Assembly: GCF_006345805.1 (NCBI RefSeq)
Contig: NC_043010.1
Location: 35,650,001-35,714,000, forward strand
Direction: 5' to 3'
DNA length: 64,000 bases
Origin: Octopus sinensis
Taxonomy: Eukaryota
Program-made: the position numbers and the translations under genes
Shown here: positions 12,171-26,839 of the stretch, one piece after another
How the letters are laid out: each line of letters starts with the position of its first letter
Numbering within the stretch: position 1 is the first letter of the stretch
The notes under the pieces: generated by a model
What the model was told of the DNA's origin: nothing
What the model saw: only the letters and a program-made list of their open reading frames with translations
The model's database searches: none

Positions 12171-13653
12171 ATTACTAATTTTTGCCAGCCGATTGGACGG
12201 GAGCAATATCACACATCTAAAACTTCTTTGAAATTTCCATTCTTTACATACCCTGTCCCATAGAGAGTCAGCAAAATGTGAAAACTTATCGTTTAAACCT
12301 TTCAAGGCGATGGGGTCCGACCATGACTTTTCTTTTATCGTAAAACAGTGTGCTCCAGGGGAGGGTTTATATCGAACGAAACTCTAAAGTTTTCCTTCTC
12401 TTTGCAGGAATATATTCTTAATCCTGACTGAAGTTAATGTCTTAATCAAAATTTAAGCCACTGTCTTAATCTCAGCTGAAGCTAATGCACATTTCTTGCC
12501 CTTGGTATCAGTGGAACCCCCGACTGCGTTTAACATGATAAGATGCCTGTGTAATGGCATCACCCGTTTTTGATCTTGAAGCAATTACTTATGCCTTTGA
12601 ATATTTTGTATTTTAATGCTGACAGAGCCCTTCCTTTCCAACATTTCATCAATCCTAGCGCTTCGCAAAGACTTTGGTTATGTATTCTACAAATTTTCCT
12701 CCTGAAATTTCTAACAACACGTGCTTCTATGCAGGTCTCACCATTCAATGAGACCTAGCTTTTAGAAAAGCTGTATTATTCTCACACTACCAGTACATAT
12801 CACGCACCATACATGCACTGCCTTCAAATGACACATACACTACATCACCGTGTCAGAGATACGGCAGAAACCCCGGTAGCAGGACTTTGGATGACCGACA
12901 AAGCGGAGGAGTCCAACCAACGGTTTGAAGGTCTCTGTGGCCAAGCGGAGGATCTACTATAGTGCATCTTCTGCTATCAGATAACTATCAGGCAACGGTT
13001 GGGCGTCAACCAGCAAGTGAGCTGCTACTACAGGGTAGCCTCATCGTCGTCCATACTCGTTGTATTCTTGAAAACTATTGGTACCTGGCGTGGAGGCCCA
13101 GAGGTAGTCTGTTGGAGGAACGACGCCAACTACCTTACTCACCGTCCAGGGTTTTTCGTCCGTAGAAGTGGGAAGCCCTGTGATGATGGAGTGAATGTAA
13201 CAGCAGCAGGTGTAAGTAAATGGGAGTTGTTAGTAAGAGCTCTGCACAAAGGCAGTTCGTTTCCGATGGTCGCGGTCAGTGCTGATACCTGAACACTCGC
13301 AGGGAGCACTGTCCACCTCGGAAGTGAATGCCTCTACAAAAGGTAAGTACAAAAGAAAGAGTGCTCAGAACAAAACCTGACTGGTTCACCGCGACCAGCG
13401 GAACTATTCTGAACAGAACTGTCAATGTCGATCTACGACACAGCTAACGATGACGATATTTGAAGGTTGAGCAGGGGCAGAGGCAGGAGGCAAAACAGGA
13501 ATGCCACGGCTGGAACAAGGGTGATCATAGGTTAACTGAAGCAGAATTGACCTGCGACTGAACAACAATAGCGACTATAAATATAAACATACAAAAAGGC
13601 AAACGCTATCACAGCCACAGTAACAACAACAACAACAACAACAACAAAACAAT

Positions 13654-13701
<48 letters not shown>

Positions 13702-14116
13702 AGTATTTCTATCTGATAAGGTCGTGGTAATCGACACATGGTGCTGTGATATAAATAAATAAATATATATAAAAAAAGATATTTTGCGAGAAATCTGAAA
13801 ATATCTGTTGAAGATTTCAGAAGCTATAGATAAAAAAGAAAGAAAGAAAGCATGAACATAACAGAATCCACAGAGACTAGCGGTAGTTTGCTTCTGCAAA
13901 AATTGAATCTTTTGGTATAAAGTTCAATTTACTCAAGTTGGTATACCGTTGTGAGAAGATATTTCTAATGTTTTGGGACAAAAATGTTCTTCGGGGAAGA
14001 AAAAAGTTTGGGGATATCCTTCCTCAATGAAAGACGTCACTCATTAAGAAAGGATGCACCTAACTTCATTCTTCGGCGAAGAAGATTTTGTCTGAAACAC
14101 CCACTTCTCTAACAAC

Positions 14117-14432
14117 TTTTTATTTATCTATGCGCCCTTTTCAAGCCTAACCAGGCTCATGGGCCCGGTTTCCCGGTTTCTGTGGCGTATGTGTTCCCCC
14201 CAGCTGGACGGGGCGCCAGTCCATCGCAATGTTACTCAAGAAACAGGAAGAAAGAGTGAGAGAAAGTTGAGGCGAAAGAGTACAACAGGGGTCGCCACCA
14301 CCCCTTGCCGGAGCCTCGTGGAGCTTTAGGTGTTTTCGCTCAATAAATACACACAACGCCCGGTCTGGGAATCGAAACCGCGATCCTCCGACCGCGAGTC
14401 CGCTGCCCTAACCACTGGGCCATTGCGCCTCC
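14117..14432 (-). mobile_element. SINE family C (tRNA head, V-domain-like centre)
   Basis: Head GGCGCAATGGCCCAGTGGTTAG...GGTTTCGATTCCC and centre GCGATGGACTGGCGCCCCGTCCAG; diverged second copy at 22975-23266. Confidence 0.75.
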
Positions 14433-14497
14433 ACATCTCAAACAACCTACCAAGAGGAAACTTTGTTTTTGCTACTGTGTATGTACATATGTATGCA

Positions 14498-14547
<50 letters not shown>

Positions 14548-14897
14548 CTGTAAGTCTGATATCTGCTGTCGTCGCTCCTGGTTGTTGTTGTTGCTGTTGT
14601 CTCTGCACCTGAGTCTAAATATAGAAAAATATTTGTAGTGAAGAGGAAAAAAAAAAACAAATTAGTCAACTAACGAGTAAACACAATGAAATAAATTTGA
14701 TAATGATTCTAACATTTGCACAAGGTTAAATATTTCGGGGGGTCGGGAGGGTGTAGACGATTAAATGGACCTTAGTACTTGACTGGTATTACATTTTATT
14801 GTTCCCAGAAAGATGAGACATAAGCGAGGAAACGAATTTTTTTTTTTATAAGCAAGGTCGATTTCTCAATCTTAAAAAGCCCTCCCCAAAACATAGG

Positions 14898-14956
<59 letters not shown>

Positions 14957-15551
14957 TAATAATTATTATTATTATTATATTTGTACAGTAATTAAATCAG
15001 ATAAATCCAACAATAGAAACATAATGTTCCAAATCAGTACAAAAATGTTGCTACGCACGTTTTGGCGATGAAATTTTTCAAAAGAATGTTCAAAGCGTTT
15101 TCATTGCCCCTGCCAAAATTCTAGGGAGTGCCTGCACACCCCTTGTTCCCATACCTATGGGATGAGACAAGAATTTGAACTTAGAATGTTAAGAGTCGAA
15201 ACTAAAGAATTTCGTCCATACTACCCATTACACAACCTCTATAAAATCTAAAATTTATTTTGGAAGTTATGGGAGCAACTGTCTTCGAAGACTCATATTA
15301 TCGTTGATTGCTCGAAATGAGGAGTAGATAGACAACCTACAATCGATGAAGGGTCGTTCTTTGTGTTACTTGTCCCGGTTTAAATTTTTTTCGCTTTCGT
15401 TGTTTGCGCATTCAACTTGTTTGTTTTCGTATTTCATATTGTTTACAATATGACGTCCTGCACCCATATATGCATATATATATATATAAATTGTATATAT
15501 ATAAAATAATATAAATAATATATATATATATGCATATATATAGTATGTATA

Positions 15552-15610
<59 letters not shown>

Positions 15611-15612
<2 letters not shown>

Positions 15613-17408
15613 AAAATGGTAAATAATTTTCCTGTGGTTTTTCATGTAACCAACAATTATTTACCGGTAAATTTCGGTATGTAAATACGACAAATTAATT
15701 GTCAGGACCTTTGTAAGGTTCAGTATATAGTAAAGGAAATAAGTTGGCTAGCAGCAAGCTGTTTCGCCTCATACCGAAGGAATTAGAAATGGCAGTCAAA
15801 GACCGTTTTTTCCATTTCTATAAGTGGAGATTCCAAAAACGAAGGCCCTTGCGGCTCACATACACAAAATCGGAGTGGCAAATATACGAATTCAGTCACT
15901 TACCGTTAATAGCGAACACCGTGTTTCTGGATCACAAACATATAAAAAAAGGGAGTTTGAATTCCGTCATCAGCGCTATATTCGATAGCTTTATCAAATG
16001 CCACCAGCCCTCACTTCTGACCCAGCGACATCAGATAGTGGGGGGAAGTGCGCAGATGTTAAAGCCAAATAACGACTGGGAACGTAAATTTTCCCTCCAA
16101 AATTCTGCCATGCGCGCCTTCTAGGTAATCGTAATGGAATGAGGAATCCACATGGTAATGCAATAAAAATGGTAAATAATTTTCCTGTGGTTTTTCATGT
16201 AACCAACAATTATTTACCGGTAAATTTCGGTATGTAAATACGACAAATTAATTGTCAGGACCTTTGTAAGGTTCAGTATATAGTAAAGGAAATAAGTTGG
16301 CTAGCAGCAAGCTGTTTCGCCTCATACCGAAGGAATTAGAAATGGCAGTCAAAGACCGTTTTTTCCATTTCTATAAGTGGAGATTCCAAAAACGAAGGCC
16401 CTTGCGGCTCACATACACAAAATCGGAGTGGCAAATATACGAATTCAGTCACTTACCGTTAATAGCGAACACCGTGTTTCTGGATTACAAACATATAAAA
16501 AAAGGGAGTCTGAATTCCGTCATCAGCGCTATATTCGATAGCTTTATCAAATGCCACCAGCCCTCACTTCTGACCCAGCGACATCTTACGATTACCCAGA
16601 AGGCGCGCATGGCAGAATTTTGGAGGGAAAATTTACGTTCCCAGTCGTTACTTGGCTTTAACATTCGCACTTCCCCCACTATCTGATGTCGCTGGGTCAG
16701 AAGTGAGGGCTGGTGGCATTTGATAAAGCTATCGAATATAGCGCTGATGACGGAATTCAAACTCCCTTTTTTTTATATGTTTGTGATCCAGAAACACGGT
16801 GTTCGCTATTAACGGTAAGTGACTGAATTCGTATATTTGCCACTCCGATTTTGTGTATGTGAGCCGCAAGGGCCTTCGTTTTTGGAATCTCCACTTATAG
16901 AAATGGAAAAAAACGGTCTTTGACTGCCATTTCTAATTCCTTCGGTATGAGGCGAAACAGCTTGCTGCTAGCCAACTTATTTCCTTTACTATATACTGAA
17001 CCTTACAAAGGTCCTGACAATTAATTTGTCGTATTTACATACCGAAATTTACTGGTAAATAATTGTTGGTTACATGAAAAACCACAGGAAAATTATTTAC
17101 CATTTTTATTGCATTACCATGTGGATTCCTCATTCCATTACGATTACCCAGAAGGCGCGCATGGCAGAATTTTGGAGGGAAAATTTACGTTCCCAGTCGT
17201 TACTTGGCTTTAACATCTGCGCACTTCCCCCCACTATCTGATGTCGCTGGGTCAGAAGTGAGGGCTGGTGGCATTTGATAAGCTATCGAATATAGCGCTG
17301 ATGACGGAATTCAAACTCCCTTTTTTATATGTTTGTGATCCAGAAACACGGTGTTCGCTATTAACGGTAAGTGACTGAATTCGTATATTTGCCACTCCGA
17401 TTTTGTAT
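15611..17408. repeat. 553-bp satellite: about 1.8 forward units then about 1.5 inverted units
   Basis: Unit starts at 15611 and 16164; orientation switches at 16585/16586; flanked by (TA)n on both sides. Confidence 0.95.
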
Positions 17409-17424
17409 ATAATATAATCTATAT

Positions 17425-17474
<50 letters not shown>

Positions 17475-17829
17475 ATATATATATAATGTATATATATATA
17501 TTATTATATATATATATATATATTAGATATATATATATATATATCTATATATATAATATCTCTATATATATATACATATATCTACATATATATCTTCATA
17601 TATAATATTATTTTATATTATTTTATATAAATACAATTTATATATATATTTCTATATACATGCATACATACAGACATAACATGTACATTACACACACACA
17701 TACACACACACACACACCACACCACACACACACCATATATATATATAACTATATATATATATGTATTATATATGTATATATATATGTATGTATATATATA
17801 TTATATACATAATATAATTTTATATATAA

Positions 17830-17864
<35 letters not shown>

Positions 17865-17890
17865 ATATATATTAATATATATATTATATA

Positions 17891-17961
<71 letters not shown>

Positions 17962-18117
17962 ATATATATATATATATACATATATACATACATATATATT
18001 CATATATATATATTATTTATATTATTTTATATAAATACAATTTATATATATATTTCTATATACATGCATACATACAGACATACACATGTACATACACACA
18101 CACATACACACACACAG

Positions 18118-18172
<55 letters not shown>

Positions 18173-18262
18173 ATAATATGTATATATATATGTATGTGTA
18201 TATATATATATATATACATAATATAATATTAATATATATATTATTATATAATATATATATAT

Positions 18263-18295
<33 letters not shown>

Positions 18296-18580
18296 AGAGT
18301 TTACGAAAAAAACAAAAGATGAAGACAGGTGGTTGTACAAAAGAACAGATGTATTAGTATAACGCTCAGGAATAGAAAAAGTCTTTTACGTTTCGAGCCT
18401 ACGCACCTCTACAGAAAGGAACACAGAAAAAACAAGGAGAGAAAAAAATGTGGTTAGTGGCTAACGATCTATCACTGACTTCGGACAGAAGGGTCACACA
18501 CGAGAGGTAAGAAGTAGGGGAGATAACAAGGTAAAAATGCCTCCCCCACAAACACGAAGTAGCGTGTGTGTATAAGAGAG

Positions 18581-18667
<87 letters not shown>

Positions 18668-19032
18668 TGTATGTATATGTATATTAAAGTAAACAAACAG
18701 GGTGTGCGTTGCGTACATGGATATATCAAGGGCTGAACAGAAAGAACAGAAGAGAAAAATAGGAGGAAAGTTGAACGAAAGCAGAGCAAACGGAAAACTA
18801 GACGAAAACTTAACAGATGGATAATTAGGCAAAAACAAGATACACGTGGCTCTGTGATAGGAAGCTTGCTTTTCAACATGGTTCCGGGATTAGTCATAGT
18901 TCGTGGAACCTAGGACAAGTGTCTTGTACTATAGTCTTAGGTTGACCAATGCAATGGTAAACAGAAACAGAGAGAAAACCACCACATGTACGTATGTCTG
19001 TCAGTCTGTCTATATATACGTAATATATATAT

Positions 19033-19073
<41 letters not shown>

Positions 19074-19079
19074 CTATAT

Positions 19080-19137
<58 letters not shown>

Positions 19138-19294
19138 AGAGTTTACGAAAAAAAAAAAAGACGAAGACAGATGTATTAGTATAACGCTCAGGAATAGAAA
19201 AAGTCTTTTACGTTTCGAGCCTACGCACTTCTACAGAAAGGAACACAGAAAAAACAAGGAGAGAAAAAATGTGTGTATATATATATATAAACTT

Positions 19295-20800
19295 CCAAGA
19301 AAACTGAAGGAAAGTAAAATATGCCCTATTCATAAAGGATGTAGCAGAGCGGAGGCCAAGAACTACAGACCTATCTCTATGACCTCACACATCAGCAAGG
19401 TCATGGAACGAAAAGTCAGAAGGAAACTAATCACCTTCCTTGAAGAAAATGACTTGCTGCCTGACACCCAACATAGTTTCCGACCATGAAGAAGCTGCTT
19501 AACTCAGCTCCTACAACACAATGACTGGGTGCTGAAACGACTGCTCAACCACTCAAATGTGAAAGTGATATATCTCGACTTTGCAAAGGCCTTTGATAAA
19601 GTCGATCATGGGATGATATGTCACAAACTGCGTGATCTTGGCATAGTTGGAAAATTGGGAGAATGGCTTCATGACTTTCTGAAGGAGAGAAGTCAGGTGG
19701 TAGTAGCTAATGGGGCCACTTCCATTAACACGCAAATAGTGAGCGGTGTTCCGCAGGGCACCGTTTTGGGACCACTACTGTTCATAATGGCCCTCTCAGA
19801 CATGCCCTCAGCCACGCAGAGAGCCACGATCACAAGTTATGCAGATGATACAAAAGTTTCACAGGCAATACAGAACCCTGAAGACACTAAGCACCTGCAA
19901 TGTGAGCTGGACAAAATATACAAGTGGGCTGAAAAGAATAGCATGCAGTTCAATGCTGAAAAGTTTCAAGCTTTATGCTATCAGCATGCAAAACTAAATG
20001 CAATACCCAATGAATACACTGGACCTGGAGAGATTGCAATCCCAGAGGCACAATCAGTGCGTGACCTGGGTATTTACATGAGTGATGACGCAACCTTTCA
20101 TGTACATGTTGCTAAATTGGCAATGAAATGTAGGCGGCTGGCCGGATGGATTCTTAGTACCTTTAGAACAAGAGACCAAGAAACCATGATGGTCCTCTGG
20201 AGGACACTTGTCCTAAGCCACTTTGACTATTGCTCTCAGCTATGGTCACCATCCAGTGTCAAGTTGATCACAGAACTTGAGGCGATCCGACGATGCTACA
20301 CAAAGAAGATAGCCTCTGTGCAGCATATAAGCTACTGGGAAAGACTCAAGAGATTAAGACTCTATTCCTTAGAGCGTAGGCGAGAAAGATATGCCATAAT
20401 ATACATCTGGAAGATCCTAGAAGGACTTGTCCCAAACTTTGGCATTGAGAGTTACACAAATGCCAGAACTGGGCGCCACTGCGTGGTGCCAAGGACTCCA
20501 AATTTGCCATCAAGATGTAGGACAAGATACTGTGATAGACAGGGCTTCAGAGGCCCACAGCTCTTCAATATCCTCCCGAAGAACCTGAGGGACCTACATG
20601 GGGTGGATGCAGATGTCTTTAAAGTAGGATTGGATCACTTCCTGTCAGGTGTCCCAGATGAACCAACTTCACGGCAGGAGGTGCAGATGAGGGCAGCTGC
20701 ATCGAACTCTCTCATGCACCAAATGGCAGTTGCTAAAAGCAACACTAAATGGCGGTGCCCCAGCATGGCCACAGCTCGTGAGCTGAAACTAGATAAAATT
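19295..20800 (+). mobile_element. 5'-truncated CR1/L2-group LINE (RT region and 3' end)
   Basis: NYRPISMTS, YLDFAKAFDKVDH, GVPQGTVLGPLLF, YADDTK and SLERRR motifs. One in-frame TGA at 19487-19489. The 3' tail GGCGGTGCCCCAGCATGGCCACAGCTCGTGAGCTGAAAC runs into (TA)n. Confidence 0.92.
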
Positions 20801-20812
20801 TAAAAAATAAGA

Positions 20813-20877
<65 letters not shown>

Positions 20878-20929
20878 TATATATATATATATATATTATA
20901 TATTATATATATATATATATTATATATAT

Positions 20930-20990
<61 letters not shown>

Positions 20991-22035
20991 CATATACACA
21001 TATATATATATATTTACGCCACACACATGAACGTATTTTCGACTGAGACATTACAACCGTATCTGATTCGTCAAGTGCTACAATTCTGTGTATATAGATA
21101 TATTTTACTCGATAGCAATGGTTTCTCTCATTGTGTTGATATGCCATTTTCCATCATTAATAAAACTGACGGCATTTTTGACGATGTATAATAGTATAAT
21201 ACCTCACACGTAAAAAGAAAAAAAATATATCATAAAATCTACTAAGATTTACTGTTACATAATTATATGACTAACGTTGAGGATTTTAACCAAGTATAAA
21301 ATTACTCCCCAACCTTTGTGACATACACCAGAATTGTTAAAGTAATGTAGCTTACACATTATTATAGCAATTAAATTTGGAAAGGAGACTGCGAAGGTCT
21401 CAGAACGTCAGCCTAAGGAAGTTAGGAACGTTATCGTCTGAAACTAAACATGAATGACTACAGAGAAAATTATGAAAGATCTTCGTGCCCCAGCATGACT
21501 GCAGCTTTAAAGCTGGGACACTTTAAACGATTAAAGAATTAAATAAGATCAAACTTGAACATAGTCGTGTTTTTAATAAACAACACACGCTGAGGCATAC
21601 ATACTCTCACAAGCTCATAAATATGTGTGTACGTATGTTGCGCGCGTCTGTTGGTTTGTTTGTGTGTAAAGACAAATTAAAATACATTCAAAATAAGATA
21701 ATTCAAGCAGCAGAAATGTCTGTAGTTGTAAATGAAGAAGGAAGCCGTTTGGCGGGAAATTCGATGAGAACTAAACAAGCAACGTGTGAGTGTGTGTATG
21801 TGTGTGCAAGAATGTATGTGTGTATGTGTAATTAGATATGTGTTATTCTATTATATTTGAAAATGTGTGTGTGTGTGTGTGTGCGTGTTTGTGTGTGCGT
21901 ATGCACTAGCGTGCGTTGGCGTGTACACGCGGCACCTGATAACATTGTTTTCATATTTCTTCCCATGTTTTTCCAGTAAATTTCAGAAAAACTTTCCTGT
22001 GAGTGTGTACGCACGCACGCACGTATATATGTACA

Positions 22036-22725
22036 CTAGCAGCATAGCCCGGCGTTGCCCGGCTATGTAAGAAACTTTGTCGATAAGCAATGCCCTTTAC
22101 CTTTTTACCCATTTTTGTACTCATTGAACCGTTATTTAAAAAAATATCGTAGAAAAATCGGTTTGCTATGTGTGCCACATATGATGTAATTAACCGATTT
22201 TTTCCAGTAATAACGTATCCTATTGGAATCAAAAGGGCCATATAGCTCCCTGGAGCAGACATGATGCTCGCTGTGAATTTCAAAAAAAAATTCCTGCCAA
22301 TTTGTTAAAGATATTGTCGAAAATATTTCATCTTGAATTTGAACGCGATTTCCCAAAATGGCATGATTTTATCGATTTTTTCTGATGGTAAGGTATTGCA
22401 TGGAAAACTAACGTTAGAATTAAGTTCCTTATGATAACATTAAGCTTCACCATGAGTTTGGTGAAAATCGATTGCAAGTTGCGAAAACTACAACGGAAAA
22501 TGTGTTGCATATGAAAAGCTTAGATTCTCGACCCCATGTCGAATTTATCAATTTTTTTCAGAACTGGAGGAACTTTTCAAAATTTTCGCTGCGTTAGTTT
22601 TGAATTATAACATTGGGCTATGTGTGTGTCAAGTTTCATCAGAATCGGTTGAAAGCCGTGGTCAGGGTGAGGGTACAACCTGACAGACACACAGACAGAC
22701 AAACTACCTTTTATATATATAGAGA
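22036..22725 (-). mobile_element. Non-autonomous Helitron-type element, complete
   Basis: On the minus strand: A|TCTCTATATATATAAAAGG at the 5' end and subterminal hairpin GCCGGGCAACGCCGGGC plus CTAG|T at the 3' end; inserted between A and T with no TSD. Confidence 0.85.
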
Positions 22726-22974
22726 TATGTATGTACGCATGTATTATGTAAGCATGTACGTACATACAAGTGGATGGATGTATGAACGTATGTGCGTGAT
22801 TATGCGTGTGTTTGTATGTGTATGTGATTGTGTGTGTGTTTGTGTGTGTGTGTGTATCTGAGTGTCTATGCGTTTTTTAGAAGTTCTCAAGCAAGTGTGT
22901 GTGTGCATGTTAATGCATATATGTAAATGTGTCTGTCGTGACGTGTATATTTGTAAAGCTGTTTATATCTTGTG

Positions 22975-23266
22975 AGTTGTTCCTTCTGAAGCCATGTCTG
23001 GCTCATAACGGCCAGTTTCCTGGTTTCATTGGCGTATAGGTTCCCCACCTGAATCGGACGCCGGTTCATCGCAGGTGAACTGCTAGATGCAGGAGGAAAG
23101 AGTGAGAGAAAGTTGTGGCGAAAGAGTCAGCAGAAGTTCGCCATTACCTTCTGCTGGAGCCGCGTGGAGCTTAGGTGTTTTGCTCATAAACACACACATC
23201 GCCCGGTCTGATATTCGAACCCGCGATCCCTCGACCGCTGCTCTAACCACTAGGCCATGTGCCTCC
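22975..23266 (-). mobile_element. SINE-C, diverged copy
   Basis: Colinear with 14117-14432. Confidence 0.7.
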
Positions 23267-23285
23267 GCTATGTATATATGTATGT

Positions 23286-23317
<32 letters not shown>

Positions 23318-24128
23318 TCTTTTCTGCTCTAGGCACAAGGCCCGAAATTATTGGGGAGGGGGACAGTCAATTAGATCGACCTCAGTACGCAACAGGTACT
23401 TAATTAATCAGAACATAAAGACAGGCGAAATACCCGTTTCTTTACTACCCACAAGGGGCTAAACACAGAGAGTACAAACAAGGACAGACAAACGGATTAA
23501 GTCGATTATATCGACCCCTGTGCGTAACTGGTACTTATTTAATCGTTCCCGAAAGGATGAAAGGCAAAGTCGACCTCAGCGGAGTTTGAACTCAGCACGT
23601 AGCGGCAGACGAAATACCGCAAAGCATTTCGCCCGGCGTGCTAAAGTTTCTGCCAGCTCGCCTTATATACATATCTGTGTGTGTGTGTGTCCTTGTTCGC
23701 CTCCTCTATGTTTAACCCCCTGTGAGTAATAAAGAAATAAATATATCATTTAGTTCAATAACGTTAGCACGCCGGGCGAAATGCTTAGCGATATTTCGTC
23801 TGTCTTTACCTGAGTTCAAATTCCGCCGAAGTCGACTTTGCCTTTCATCCTTTCGGGGTCGATAAATTAATTACAAATTGCGTACTGTGGTTGATCTAAT
23901 CTAATCTCTTACCAAAAAAATCGGGCCTTGTGCCTAGAGTAGAAAAGATTATTTAGTTCAATGAAAAGATTTAAGCTTCATCTTTATTAACAAGACAAAT
24001 AGCAGTGTGATCCATATAATTCTTCTTTCTTTGTCATTCTGATAAGGGACACGTTTTAAAAAAATTCTCTTTTATTTGCTTCAGTCATTGGACTATCCAT
24101 GTCGGAAGCAACGCCTTGAAGGGTTTGT

Positions 24129-24854
<726 letters not shown>

Positions 24855-24954
24855 GTTCAGACTATCGGTCCGTTTTTGCCAAACCACAAAACAGGGGGAT
24901 GTAAACAAACTGACTCATGCAGTCAAGCGGCATGTATATGTGTGTGAATATACG

Positions 24955-24987
<33 letters not shown>

Positions 24988-25870
24988 TCTCTCACAAACA
25001 CACACACAACACACACACACACACACACACATTCGCACTTTAGATTAGTTAAAATATGTTTGTGACATATTTCAACTGGTAAAGGCTAATTCACTGCAGT
25101 TATCGTAGAGAAAAAAATTATCTCTTATTGTAAAAAGGTGTAAAAATAGCATATCTGTCTAGTACTGCCATCTGTCGGTTCCCAGACATCAATGTTTTTA
25201 ATTCTTTAGGCGTTATCAGTGGGAAATACCGAAGAGAGGCAACTCAGGACAGACCTAATCTAAGCCGCGCCTTTAACAACAACATCTGATTTGCGACAGT
25301 AGAGCGTCAAGGTCGTGAAAATTATTGTGATATTAGCACCAAGCTGTATTTAGGCATAAGTAAACTTTAGGCTAGTTAAAATATGTTTGTGACATATTTC
25401 AACTGTTATAATTCTTAAACAAGAATATTATTGACAAAAGCGGCGAGCTGGCAGAAATGCTAGCACGCCGGGCGAAATGCCTAGCCGTATTTCGTCTGCC
25501 GTTACATTATGAGCTCAAATTCCGCCGAGGTCCACTTTGCCTTTCATCCTTTCGGAGTCGATTAAATAAGTACCAGTTACGCACTGAGGTCGATATAATC
25601 GACATAATCCGTTTGTCTGTCCTTGCTTGTCCCATCTGTGTGTAGCCCCTTGTGGGCAGTAAAGAAATAAGAATATTATTGACTTCGAAGTTTGGCAAGT
25701 TAAGCCATCGCTGGATTGGCTTAGCTGGCCGAATTTTCGAAGTCACGGTGATTTAATTTCTTGTTTAAGAAAAATAAATTTGTACTGTACAAAAGTATAA
25801 TCGAGCCTATGTAAAACTTAATGTAAAACTGTTTTTATTATAACTGAACAAAAACAAACATTTATATATA

Positions 25871-26070
25871 CGAGGTCTGGTCAATAAGTATCTGGACTGC
25901 TGCCATAGTAACGAAGCTAAAGCACGCAGAGTCAAGCTGTTTGGCAAAAATTGACCTTGAACTCTGCTGTGCATGCGCACAAAGTTTTAATGTTCGAGCT
26001 TACTTCTGCTGTTTATAGCAGTGCTTGGAATGAAGGTGTGTAACATGTGTAACTCTACCGTGACCATCTC
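25871..26070 (+). mobile_element. Mariner terminal fragment
   Basis: TA|CGAGGTCTGGTCAATAAGTATCTGGACTG, a mariner-type TIR followed by leader-like sequence; no second end seen. Confidence 0.5.
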
Positions 26071-26659
26071 GTATTCGATTTTTTTTTGGTGTAGTGTATC
26101 TTGAACTATATGGAGTAGTTTTAATACAGCAAAGGTGTAATTTGAGCACAATGAAAATAAGGGGTACTACGATGCTGGCGACGAGGATCAACATAATAAT
26201 GATGGCGACCATAATAATTATGGCAGTGTCGAGATTAGTCGGGGTGATTAGCAATGATGTTCATTGTGATGACGATGATGATGATGATGACGACGCTACT
26301 GCTGCTACTGCTGTTGTTGTTGCTGCTGGTATCAGAAAATTTACCACAGCCATTTTGGCGCCGTCCGTTTGGCGTCTCTGATTCGACGCTGACTTAACTG
26401 ACATCAGACGTTTTAATGTTTCTTTCGTTCTAGTTGTTTGTATTGATGTGTAATATCTCTCCCTGTTACTTCTCTCTCTCTCTCTCTCTGTCTCTGTCTC
26501 TCTCTCTGTCTCTGTCTCTCTGTCTCTCTGTCTCTCTCTCTGTCTCTGTCTCTGTCTCTCTGTCTCTCTCTCTCTGTATGTGCCTATTCCTGGCTGCGCA
26601 CACGAGTTTGCCTCCAGTACCAAAACGTACTGTCGACAAAACAGGCTAAATGTCAGTCC

Positions 26660-26786
26660 CTCATGCCAAATCACCAGCGTCCAAACAGCCGCGACCAATT
26701 TACTCATTTCGTACTACTACTACTACTACTACTACTACACCACCACCACCACCACCACCACCACCACCACCACCACTACCACCACC

Positions 26787-26839
<53 letters not shown>

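Noticed and set aside
12180-13560. GC-richer, TE-like segment (possibly a degenerate L1/Tx1)
   Set aside because: No motif could be read with confidence in any frame; needs a repeat-library search.
14340-14432. tRNA genes at SINE heads (also 23200-23266, 48470-48544 and the SINE-A/B heads)
   Set aside because: They lack proper acceptor stems and cloverleaf structure and continue into repeat bodies; treated as SINE heads.
15744-16760. 126-129 aa ORFs (MASSKLFRLIPK...) in the 553-bp satellite
   Set aside because: TTG starts, no recognisable motif, and they recur only because the unit is repeated.
15611-17408. The fold-back as the origin of the inverted FAS1 duplication
   Set aside because: The satellite arms are nearly identical while the genes are highly diverged, so the ages are incompatible.
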